Made by a program: the position numbers and the translations under genes
Assembly: GCA_963675295.2 (NCBI GenBank)
Contig: CAXXKJ010000002.1
Coordinates: 3,168,001 to 3,232,000, forward strand
Origin: a bacterium
Lineage (GTDB): Bacteria; Electryoneota; Electryoneia; Electryoneales; Electryoneaceae
DNA: 64,000 nt
Direction of reading: 5' to 3'
Part shown: positions 46,913 through 55,528 of the stretch, in pieces
How the letters are laid out: each line of letters opens with the position of its first letter
How positions within the stretch are numbered: the stretch's first letter is position 1
Notes under the pieces: model-generated
The model's input: only the letters and a program-made list of their open reading frames with translations
The model's database searches: none
Told to the model about the DNA's origin: nothing

Positions 46913-48438
46913 CAGTGCACCCCCAGCATGCGAAGGATGGTTTTCGTTCCGGAACCCCAGCTGAACGCAAACAACGGTGTGAACACACACAATCCGATGA
47001 TGACGAAGACCCGTGTTCCCTTGCTGGTTTCGCTCAGCAGATGCAACACGGTATCCTGGTTCAGGAACACGAGGGTAAACAGGATGGCTGCCACGGCCAG
47101 GTAGACAGCCAGCTTGATATAGTCCAGCTTCTTGTAGCCGGCTTTGTGTTTCAGTTCATCCGCGTCAACGACAGGCGCCTTGATACTCTCCGATAGCAGG
47201 CTTCTCAGATCCGCCTTCAGCCGTGCCTGCACGGTATCCGGCTTGTCGAGGTACAGGTCGCCCAGCACCACCAGGCTGTAATTTGTACGATGGCCAAGGG
47301 TGCGAATCAGGGTCTCTTTGTCGCCGTAGACCTTGGACTGCCCGCCGGCACAGCCCTCCCGCAGCAATGTGTCGAGCACGGGATGCAGTCCCCGGCAATC
47401 CTCTTCCGCCTCGACCGGAACATCGTCCTGAATCCCGCCGGTCGTTTCCCGCTCAAACGTTTGGCGGTGTGACTGCCCGTTGCCATTTCCGTCGCCATTG
47501 CCGTTCTTCTGCTCCCGCTCCATTTCCTCCATCGAGCAGCAGCTCATCACTTCGACTGCGGCGTCCCAGTTGTGCGCGACGCGCAGCACACTGGGCAACA
47601 AGTCGGGATCAACGTCAAACCGTTCACCCAGCCACAGGATGTTGCTGCCTGCAATGGTGCGGTTGATCTTGCTGTAGCCTTCGAGCTTTTCGAGGACGCT
47701 GTGCACGAAACGTGCGGCTTCGGCATGTTGTGGATTGCAGGTGACCTGGATCTCGCCGTTGTGCGCGGTCACCTTGAAATCGGCATAGTCGGTGCGTTCA
47801 TCACCGGCAAGCAGGAATTTTGCACGCGACGCGAGGTACAGATCCTGCAGTGCACGGACCGAACCGGGAGTCAGCTTGAATTCCGGCAGCTCCGCCATCG
47901 AACACAGCGCCGTTGTCGAATTTGCCGCGCTGACATGGTCTAGATTTACCACGAGGTCATAGTGGGATGGATCGTGCCAGTCGATCCCGTACAGGTAGCG
48001 CACCCATTTGTCACGGTCGGCGTCCACATCCTGCACGTACTGAATCGCCTTTTCCTGGCTCAGGTTGAGCCGTTCCATCACTTTCTGGACACGGTGGTCC
48101 ATTTCGGCCAGCACTCGGACCCGAAAAATGTTAGGAATTCCCGGGAACAGCATGTGTCCAGTGTGCCCGTGGTAGACGATGTCTTCCTCGAGCGCGTATT
48201 TGCAGAGGATCGACGTGATGCAGGCGAGATAGTAATCACGCGTTGGACCCAGCCGTTGCTGGATTCTCGGCGGCCGAACCATGGCCGTTTGCAGCTTTCC
48301 AACAGGGATTCCCTGGCGGATCGCTTCTTCGGACAGTTCTTCCCGGCTGATGCAACGCCAGCCTAGCTTCCTGGAAATACGTTCGGCGAAATCAACTCCG
48401 CCGCTGAAGCTGCCCCGTGAAATCGTCAGAATCGACAT
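46912..48438 (-). CDS. Cytidylate-kinase-like (Cytidylate_kin2) protein with extra domains and two C-terminal TMs
   Basis: ILTISRGSFSGG, DRDKWVRYLYGIDW.DPSHYDLVVN; hydrophobic C-terminus. Confidence 0.8.
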   Translation of the reverse strand: MSILTISRGSFSGGVDFAERISRKLGWRCISREELSEEAIRQGIPVGKLQTAMVRPPRIQQRLGPTRDYYLACITSILCKYALEEDIVYHGHTGHMLFPGIPNIFRVRVLAEMDHRVQKVMERLNLSQEKAIQYVQDVDADRDKWVRYLYGIDWHDPSHYDLVVNLDHVSAANSTTALCSMAELPEFKLTPGSVRALQDLYLASRAKFLLAGDERTDYADFKVTAHNGEIQVTCNPQHAEAARFVHSVLEKLEGYSKINRTIAGSNILWLGERFDVDPDLLPSVLRVAHNWDAAVEVMSCCSMEEMEREQKNGNGDGNGNGQSHRQTFERETTGGIQDDVPVEAEEDCRGLHPVLDTLLREGCAGGQSKVYGDKETLIRTLGHRTNYSLVVLGDLYLDKPDTVQARLKADLRSLLSESIKAPVVDADELKHKAGYKKLDYIKLAVYLAVAAILFTLVFLNQDTVLHLLSETSKGTRVFVIIGLCVFTPLFAFSWGSGTKTILRMLGVH

Positions 48439-48574
48439 CGTACCCCCGCAGATTCGTCGATTTGAAGAATGGGCACGCGATGAGGGTGTCCAACCGGTGG
48501 TCAGTTTGAGGTATGCTGTACAAGCTGATCATCGAATTCGCAAAGATAGTCACAAGTAGAATTGCAGTCAAGAT

Positions 48575-48596
48575 AGATTAGTAAATTTATCAATCT
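48575..48596. promoter_or_regulatory. Imperfect palindrome, candidate operator in divergent intergenic region
   Basis: AGATTAGTAAATTTATCAATCT, 18/22 self-complementary. Confidence 0.4.
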
Positions 48597-48850
48597 CACT
48601 AACATCGAGAGCGTTTTTCAACTGTTCAATCCGACGAAAAGCTGACATATCGGGATCTTCCCTCCATGCCAGTTCGTTCGGATTGACGCAAAGTCACCCA
48701 GGATTCACCGGAAGCGGGGGTTGTGCTCCGCAAAGGGCGAAACGGGTTGGATTATTTTTCTCATTCGCGCGGTTTGAGTGGTCCGGGACGGGGAGTTCGT
48801 TTACCTTCCTTGAATTCGTCTTCTGACCTGTCCCAGCAAGGATTCCTGTC

Positions 48851-51511
48851 ATGAAAAATGCTCCCGCTGTGTCGCTGATCGTACTCGGGTTGGTGTTGAT
48901 GTTGTCTGCTGCAGCTTTCGCCACACCCTACTACACACCCGCTGAGATCGAACAGTTGTGGCCGCAGGATTCGCAGTCGCATGTACGGCTCTACCCTGGA
49001 CAGGGCGCGCCGCCGATGATCGATGACCTGGACGATTACATTCTGCCGGTGGAATACGTTTCGGTGCTGGACTGGTTGACGACGATGCAGGAGCTGAACC
49101 CGGGTCAGAATTACGGTGGCCAGCATGAGGGTGAGACCTCGACGTGGAACATCATCCAGACCGACAACACCGCCGAAGCGATCCGTGACTGGGCGCATTA
49201 TGCCCGCATCACCGGCGATACAACACGCTACCGCAGCAGCATCGACGCGGCGTTCACGTACTGCTTCAACTTCCCCGCTTACAGCGAAGGTTCGACCTAT
49301 TCGTACTACACCGCGCACAACAACGGCTGGGCGCTGGTTTCGGTGATGGAGTATATCGAGGCGTACGGACACGACGACGCCATCCTCGCGTACGGCGATT
49401 CCTGCGCGGCTCATATCAACCTTTACCGCCTCACGCCGAGCAACCTGCTGAATTCGTTCGCCGGCAGTTTCGCCGCCGGTTCGCTGTTCATCTACGGCCA
49501 GTGGCGTGGCAATCAGGATTGGATGGATGGGGCTCAGGATTACGCCGAAACCTTCAAGACCTACATCGAGGATCATCCGACCTATCTCGGGTCGGCGACC
49601 TGGGCGATGAGCGGCGGAACGTTGCTCTGGGGCGTCACCACCGCGCTGTTCCTCGACGACCCGGCCGCCGGGCAGGCGTGGCTGCCCGATTACATCCAGC
49701 ACCTGCCGACATATTCCGGCGGCGCCAGCTGGAACAATTCGCACACGGTCTGGAATGGGTTCGCGTGGCACCGGGTACACCAGATCATGGGTGACCAGGC
49801 CAGTCTCGACAACGCGTTGTTCGTGATGGACTATCTCTTCGACCAGATGTACCTCGACGACGATTCAGGTATCCCCGGCACGGAGGGCACCTACACCGAC
49901 GACCAGTCGTGGACCACGGCCTACTTCATCTGGTACGAGCTGGATCAGTACTTCGCCACCTACGACAACCCGTACGATGCTGCTGCTGTTGCGTTCGCCT
50001 CCCCCACTCCCAGCGACATCATTCAGATCAACTCGGATGTGCCGGTCAGTGTCACGGTTGCCAACGCCGGCCTGCGAGCGCTCGACCCGACGACGCAAGA
50101 GGCGTTCCTCACGGTGACCACGCCGGAAGGCGACCTCGGTCCGTACGCGATCGACCTCGCGTTCGGCGAACAGGTGGAGTTTGACCTGCCGGACGTGTGG
50201 ACGCCGGCCACGCCGGGCATTGTGACTTTGTCCGCCGTATTCACCACGGCGGGCGACAACGACACGGGGAACGACACGTGCACCGTCGACATCGAAGTCC
50301 GCAGCGACCTGACGATTACCGGCCGTGTGTTTGACGCCAACGATCAAAGCGGAGTCGGCGCGCGGGTGAAGGCGGTGCCGCTGGCAGGTCCGCAGGCGCA
50401 AGAGGCGATTACGTACAGCGATCCGGACACCGGGTATTACACGTTGTACATGACCCCGGGCCAGTACCGGCTCGAGGTGCTGCCGCAGCATGCGCCGTAC
50501 GTCTCGCGGATGGAAACGGTGATCATCAACGAAGATCCGCTGACGGATATTGACTTCAGCCTGCCGTACAGCAACACGTTGTATGTCTTCAATGGTCCGG
50601 AGGAAAACCTCGCGGACGGATACAGCCGGATGGCAGAACTGTTTGGCGCGGCGTTTGATCCCTGCGTATGGCCGGTGCAACTGTTCGGTCCGCCGGAGGA
50701 CGAGATCCTCACCGCGCCGATCAACCGGATCTTCTGGTCGCACCTGATGGACACCGGCCCGGTGTTCTCGGTCAATCAGTACACCTCGCTGAACACGTTC
50801 CTCGACAACGAGTCGGGCAACCTGTTGGTGGTCAGCGGGCACACGTTGATGAACGTGCTGGACGGCGACGCGTCCTTCCGCCTTGGTGTCGTCCAGAGCC
50901 AGCTCGACATGAACAAGCGGCTGGTGGTCAGCAACCAGACGCACTTCCTGCAGGGCGACTCGCTGTTCCTCGCCGTGCGTCCCCAGTTCAGCCAGGTGGA
51001 CGCTGTCGGCGCGTTGCTGCCGAGCGCGACCCGTGTTGGCAACTGGGCCGGGACCAACCTTCCGGCCGGACAGGTGATGAGCTGGAACAACGGGTCGCGC
51101 AGCATCGTGCTCGGCTTCCCGCTGGAGGTGGTGCATCCGGATCGCGGCTGGTTCGCGGGTGACGTGCTGGCGAGCCTGATGGACAGCGACTGGACGTCCA
51201 ACGCGACCGAACTGGCAGGCGATGATGTTGAAATCACGGCGGAAGCTCTGGAAACGTCCATGTCCGTCTGGCCGAACCCATTCAACGCGAGCACGGCGGT
51301 GACGGTGCAGCTCGGAGACGCGGCGGTGGTCAACGTGACCGTGTACGATCTGCTCGGGCGCGAGGTGGCGGTGCTGGCACGGGGTGAACATCCGGCGGGT
51401 GCACATCGGTTCGTGTTCGATTCGTCGCAGCTGACAAGTGGGCTGTATTTCGTGCGGGCAAGTGTGCCGGGCGAATTTGATCAAACACGGAAGGTGATGC
51501 TGGTCAGGTAA
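48851..51511 (+). CDS. Large secreted protein: alpha/alpha-barrel (GH76-like?) N-terminus, CARDB/Ig-like and carboxypeptidase-regulatory-like domains, CTD
   Basis: Signal peptide; TDNTAEAI, HNNGWAL, DDQSW; GDNDTGND; ITGRVFD; WPNPFN...RKVMLVR. Confidence 0.8.
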   Translation: MKNAPAVSLIVLGLVLMLSAAAFATPYYTPAEIEQLWPQDSQSHVRLYPGQGAPPMIDDLDDYILPVEYVSVLDWLTTMQELNPGQNYGGQHEGETSTWNIIQTDNTAEAIRDWAHYARITGDTTRYRSSIDAAFTYCFNFPAYSEGSTYSYYTAHNNGWALVSVMEYIEAYGHDDAILAYGDSCAAHINLYRLTPSNLLNSFAGSFAAGSLFIYGQWRGNQDWMDGAQDYAETFKTYIEDHPTYLGSATWAMSGGTLLWGVTTALFLDDPAAGQAWLPDYIQHLPTYSGGASWNNSHTVWNGFAWHRVHQIMGDQASLDNALFVMDYLFDQMYLDDDSGIPGTEGTYTDDQSWTTAYFIWYELDQYFATYDNPYDAAAVAFASPTPSDIIQINSDVPVSVTVANAGLRALDPTTQEAFLTVTTPEGDLGPYAIDLAFGEQVEFDLPDVWTPATPGIVTLSAVFTTAGDNDTGNDTCTVDIEVRSDLTITGRVFDANDQSGVGARVKAVPLAGPQAQEAITYSDPDTGYYTLYMTPGQYRLEVLPQHAPYVSRMETVIINEDPLTDIDFSLPYSNTLYVFNGPEENLADGYSRMAELFGAAFDPCVWPVQLFGPPEDEILTAPINRIFWSHLMDTGPVFSVNQYTSLNTFLDNESGNLLVVSGHTLMNVLDGDASFRLGVVQSQLDMNKRLVVSNQTHFLQGDSLFLAVRPQFSQVDAVGALLPSATRVGNWAGTNLPAGQVMSWNNGSRSIVLGFPLEVVHPDRGWFAGDVLASLMDSDWTSNATELAGDDVEITAEALETSMSVWPNPFNASTAVTVQLGDAAVVNVTVYDLLGREVAVLARGEHPAGAHRFVFDSSQLTSGLYFVRASVPGEFDQTRKVMLVR
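51272..51505 (+). repeat. 234-bp CTD-coding direct repeat, copy 1
   Basis: Matches 53345-53578 with 7 mismatches counted by eye. Confidence 0.95.
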
Positions 51512-51571
51512 AGTGTTGCAGGTAGTAAGTCTCTCCTAATTCACATTACTGCTACATTTATGTAGATTTAC

Positions 51572-51608
51572 ATGGGTGGTCGCTGTCTCTTGCGACCACT
51601 CATTTTTT
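51572..51608 (+). terminator. Intrinsic terminator
   Basis: ATGGGTGGTCGC-tgtctctt-GCGACCACTCAT followed by a T-run. Confidence 0.75.
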
Positions 51609-51763
51609 CTCGTCCACAGCAACGCCATCTCGTATCCTCCTATCTTGTACTAATCACCTGACATCGTCACTTCTGTCGATACCTCAAAATCGATCAACAT
51701 TGCTAGTTTCAGCGTTGTTGAAATCCATACTACTTTCGAAGCAGATCATGGGGGGATCAAACT

Positions 51764-53584
51764 ATGCGTATTGTGATTCTTTTGACTCTGTTTATGCTTC
51801 TACCTGGTGTAGGGGCTGGACAGAATTGGATCGAACATGCTGTGGACGAGAATTTCGATCGGGCAAGCTATGTACACGCATCGGATATGGACGGTGATGG
51901 TGACACCGATGTGCTCGGAGTGGGCGACTACACTAATACCATTTCGTGGTGGGAAAATGTTAACGGAACAGGTACGGACTGGACAGAGCATCTCGTAAGT
52001 GGATCCTTTACTGTTGCGAGATCAGCACACGCTGCAGACCTCGACAATGATGGCGATATGGATGTGATTGGAGCAGCTGAAAATGATGGAGTTGTCTGGT
52101 GGGAAAACATCGATGGAACGGGCACAAACTGGACAGAACACATCGTTGACAGCAATCTGGATAGAGCAATTTCAGCGATTGTAGCCGATATCGATGGGGA
52201 TGGGGATGCCGATGTGCTTGCTGCGGTGTCGGACGATAACATGATTGCCTGGTGGGAAAACACGGATGGATCAGGCACAAACTGGATTGAAAATGAGATT
52301 GACAATACCTTTACGGGAGCGCATTCCGTATTTACGGCAGACGTTGACGGCGATGGAGACTGTGATGTTATAGGTGCGGCCTGGTCCGATGGGGAGATCA
52401 CCTGGTGGGAGAATGCGAATGGCTTGGGTACAGTCTGGAATGAGCAAGTCATAGATGGTGAACTAAGTCTTGCACGAACTGTATACGCCTCAGATATGGA
52501 TGGTGACAACGACATCGATGTGCTCGGAGCCATACGCGGTGACGACGTCATTGTGTGGTGGGAAAATGCCGATGGCGCAGGGACACTTTGGAGCGAGCAT
52601 ACGATTGCGGGTGATTTTGATGGTGCAAACTCAGTGTTCGCGGCAGATGTTGATGGCGACGGTGACAACGATGTTCTGGGGACCGCAGTTTATGCTGACG
52701 ACATCACATGGTGGGAAAACATTGACGGAAGTGGTACGATCTGGAATACAAACTGTTTGGATAGTGAATTCGATTACGCAAGGTCTGCGTATGCATCAGA
52801 TGTAGACAATGATGGAGATATTGACATCATCGGCGCGGCTCTTGATGCAAATGAAATATCCTGGTGGGAGAATCAATCCTACCTGACCATTGAACTTGAA
52901 CCGTACGGTACACCCATAGTCATTCCAAGTCAGGGTGGAAGCTTCGATTTCCTTGTTCGGATCGTGAACACATCGAGCCAGGTCCGGTGGTTCTCGGCCT
53001 GGACCGAAGCAGTCCTTCCGAATGGGAATCTCGTAAGTCCAGTTCAGCTCAATAGCTATGTTGGGATCGGTCCCAACAGCGGATTTGCAGCGTTGGTATC
53101 GCAAGCTGTGCCAAGCTTCGCTCCAGCTGGAGAGTACGAGTTCATTGCCCGTCTTGGGACCTTTCCGAATCTTGCTGTGTCGGCGGATTCGTTCGGCTTC
53201 ACGAAATCCGCGGTTGATATCGTTCATTCAGCCGGTTCATCGAACTGGTCCGCAATTGGCTGGGATGAACTTGGTTGTGCCTGGGATATATCTCCACATG
53301 CAACGAATACTCCGTCGTGCGATTTTACTTCCGTATCAGTGTATCCGAACCCATTCAACGCGAGCACGGCGGTGACGGTGCAGCTCGGAGACGCGGCGGT
53401 GGTCAACGTGACCGTGTACGATCTGCTCGGGCGCGAGGTGGCGGTGCTGGCACGGGGTGAACATCCGGCGGGCGCACATCGGTTCGTGTTTGATTCGTCG
53501 CACCTGGCAAGTGGGCTGTATTTCGTGCGGGCGAGTGTGCCGGGCGAATTCGATCAGACACGGAAGGTGATGCTGGTCCGTTGA
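51764..53584 (+). CDS. Secreted FG-GAP/VCBS repeat protein with pre-CTD Ig-like domain and CTD
   Basis: Seven DxDGDGDxDV...WWEN repeats; IPSQGGSF domain; YPNPFN...RKVMLVR. Confidence 0.92.
   Translation: MRIVILLTLFMLLPGVGAGQNWIEHAVDENFDRASYVHASDMDGDGDTDVLGVGDYTNTISWWENVNGTGTDWTEHLVSGSFTVARSAHAADLDNDGDMDVIGAAENDGVVWWENIDGTGTNWTEHIVDSNLDRAISAIVADIDGDGDADVLAAVSDDNMIAWWENTDGSGTNWIENEIDNTFTGAHSVFTADVDGDGDCDVIGAAWSDGEITWWENANGLGTVWNEQVIDGELSLARTVYASDMDGDNDIDVLGAIRGDDVIVWWENADGAGTLWSEHTIAGDFDGANSVFAADVDGDGDNDVLGTAVYADDITWWENIDGSGTIWNTNCLDSEFDYARSAYASDVDNDGDIDIIGAALDANEISWWENQSYLTIELEPYGTPIVIPSQGGSFDFLVRIVNTSSQVRWFSAWTEAVLPNGNLVSPVQLNSYVGIGPNSGFAALVSQAVPSFAPAGEYEFIARLGTFPNLAVSADSFGFTKSAVDIVHSAGSSNWSAIGWDELGCAWDISPHATNTPSCDFTSVSVYPNPFNASTAVTVQLGDAAVVNVTVYDLLGREVAVLARGEHPAGAHRFVFDSSHLASGLYFVRASVPGEFDQTRKVMLVR
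53345..53578 (+). repeat. 234-bp CTD-coding direct repeat, copy 2
   Basis: Matches 51272-51505. Confidence 0.95.
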
Positions 53585-53880
53585 TTTGATCGGTTGGGCC
53601 TGTGAACTGGTTAGTACAATCCCCAGTTCTGATCAACGAAAACAAGAAGACTTATTCGAGTTCCGGGTTTTTACAAAGGCCCGGAACTCCTTCTCTCTAC
53701 ACGGTTATGCACGGTGCAGTCCTGTTTCGTACTTTCAATTAACTGCCTGCTTGATGTTTGCTCGCACGAACATTCCAACTCACGGTTCAGGTACCCCTCC
53801 CCCCAGCCTGAATCTCTGAGCCGGCATGTTGCTTGTCTGTGTTTGCATGTTCCACGGACCCAGCACCACCAGGGAGGGTT

Positions 53881-54402
53881 ATGGACAGCACGCCATCCAG
53901 GACCGGAATGCTGATCGACCGATATTTCCAGTCCTTCGACACGCTGATTTACATCCTCGTCGCGATCTGCCTCATCATCACGGCCCTGTTCACGCTGTAC
54001 TCCGTTGGATTATCGATCATTCACTTTTTTGAAGACGCGGACATCCGTCATGCGATTGTGAACGTGATCGACAAGATCATGCTTGCGTTGATGATCATCG
54101 AGATCATGTACACCGTGCGGATCAGTCTGCAGTCGCACCAGCTTCAGCCGGAACCGTTCATCCTCGTCGGGATGATCGCCGCGATCCGGCGAATCCTGGT
54201 GATCAGCGTGGAATCGGGCTATCTCGTGCTGGCGGACCAGGAGGGGTTCCTCAACCTGCTGCTGGAGATCGCCGTGCTCGGTGTGCTGGTGATCCTGTTC
54301 GTTGTGGCCATTGTGCTGCTGCGGCGGGAGAAGATCCGTTCGTCTGGTGATGTTGTTGCGCAACATCATGGGGAAACAGCGGGCGAAGCTGCGACCAGTT
54401 GA
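53881..54402 (+). CDS. Phosphate-starvation-inducible PsiE family membrane protein
   Basis: LMIIEIMYTVRISL, EPFILVGMIAAIRRILV. Confidence 0.85.
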   Translation: MDSTPSRTGMLIDRYFQSFDTLIYILVAICLIITALFTLYSVGLSIIHFFEDADIRHAIVNVIDKIMLALMIIEIMYTVRISLQSHQLQPEPFILVGMIAAIRRILVISVESGYLVLADQEGFLNLLLEIAVLGVLVILFVVAIVLLRREKIRSSGDVVAQHHGETAGEAATS

Positions 54403-54454
54403 CAGTTCGAACTCAACAAGATTAACGATAAACAACCTGAAGGGGGATCAGGCC

Positions 54455-55528
54455 ATGCCGACAACATCGTTGATACCCACCCCGGACTCGATTCCGATGC
54501 CGTGGTGGGTGTTTGAGGTGCTGGGCGACCTCACCTTTCTGATTCACATTGTGTTCATGAACGTCGTGCTCGGCGGAACACTGATCCTGCTGGCGGGCGG
54601 ATTCGGGCCGGTCAGGGAACAGCGGCTCGGGCACGCGTTGGTGGCGAAGACGCCGACGATGCTGGCGTTGACGATCACCTTCGGCGTCGCGCCGCTGCTG
54701 TTCGTGCAGGTGATCCTCGGGCACATGTTCTACACCAGCTCGATCCTGATGGCGACAGCGTGGATTCTGATCATCCCGATCCTGATCCTCGCGTACTACG
54801 GCAGCTACCTGTTCAAGCTGAATCATGACCAGAACAGTGGCCTTGCGGCGTTGGGGATGCTGCTTATGGTGGCCGGGCTGCTGTACATCTCCTTCATGTT
54901 CACCAACAACCTGTCGCTGGCGCAGCGTCCGGAAGTCTGGGGCGAGTATTTCAACAACCGCACCGGCTGGTTGCTGAACCTCAGCGACCCGACCCTGATC
55001 CCACGGTACCTGCACTTCCTCGTCGCGTCGGTGGCGATAGCCGGGCTGTTCTCCGCGATTGTGTGGCATGTACGTGGCAAACGCGGGCACCGGAACGTGA
55101 ACGACAAGGTCCAGCGTGGCCTCAAGCTGTTCGGGTTCGCGACGATCCTCGAGATCGCGATCGGGCTGTGGTGGATCATCGCCTTGCCGAAGGAGGTGAT
55201 GCTCGAGTTCATGGGTGGTGACATGCTGCGGACAATCGTCTTCGGGCTGGGATTCCTCCTGGCGATCGGGGCGCTGGTGGTCGCACTGCTGAACAAGCTG
55301 TGGCTGACCATCGGGCACGTCGCCGGGCTGCTGGTGCTGATGGTGATCCAGCGGTCGCTGCTGCGCTGGTCGTACCTCCGGGATGACACCTCGATGGCGG
55401 ACATCACCGTCACCCCGCAGTGGAGCGTATTCATCCTGTTCCTCGTTGTCTTTGTCATCGGTCTCGGGACGGTCTGGTACATGATCAAACAGGTTCAGGC
55501 GGTTGAAGCGAAAGGAGGTCAGTCATGA
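54455..55528 (+). CDS. Polytopic membrane protein, cytochrome bd subunit I-like partner
   Basis: TFLIHIVFMN, ITFGVAPLLFVQV, PRYLHFL; ATGA-coupled to the next gene. Confidence 0.7.
   Translation: MPTTSLIPTPDSIPMPWWVFEVLGDLTFLIHIVFMNVVLGGTLILLAGGFGPVREQRLGHALVAKTPTMLALTITFGVAPLLFVQVILGHMFYTSSILMATAWILIIPILILAYYGSYLFKLNHDQNSGLAALGMLLMVAGLLYISFMFTNNLSLAQRPEVWGEYFNNRTGWLLNLSDPTLIPRYLHFLVASVAIAGLFSAIVWHVRGKRGHRNVNDKVQRGLKLFGFATILEIAIGLWWIIALPKEVMLEFMGGDMLRTIVFGLGFLLAIGALVVALLNKLWLTIGHVAGLLVLMVIQRSLLRWSYLRDDTSMADITVTPQWSVFILFLVVFVIGLGTVWYMIKQVQAVEAKGGQS

Noticed and set aside
25216-51484. Long antisense ORFs (25216-26751, 29149-30930, 31519-32979, 33020-34378, 38380-40437, 49865-51484; also 60797-62149)
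   Set aside because: They are shadows of well-supported GC-rich genes on the opposite strand and have no recognisable motifs.
51764-52880. Periodic TGGTGGGAAAA repeats (also 4540-5430) resembling a CRISPR array
   Set aside because: These are codons of WWEN in FG-GAP protein repeats. Spacing is ~150 nt in frame and there are no cas genes.
51272-53578. DGR template/variable repeat pair
   Set aside because: Both copies are coding, the mismatches are not adenine-specific and are mostly synonymous, and no reverse transcriptase is in the window.
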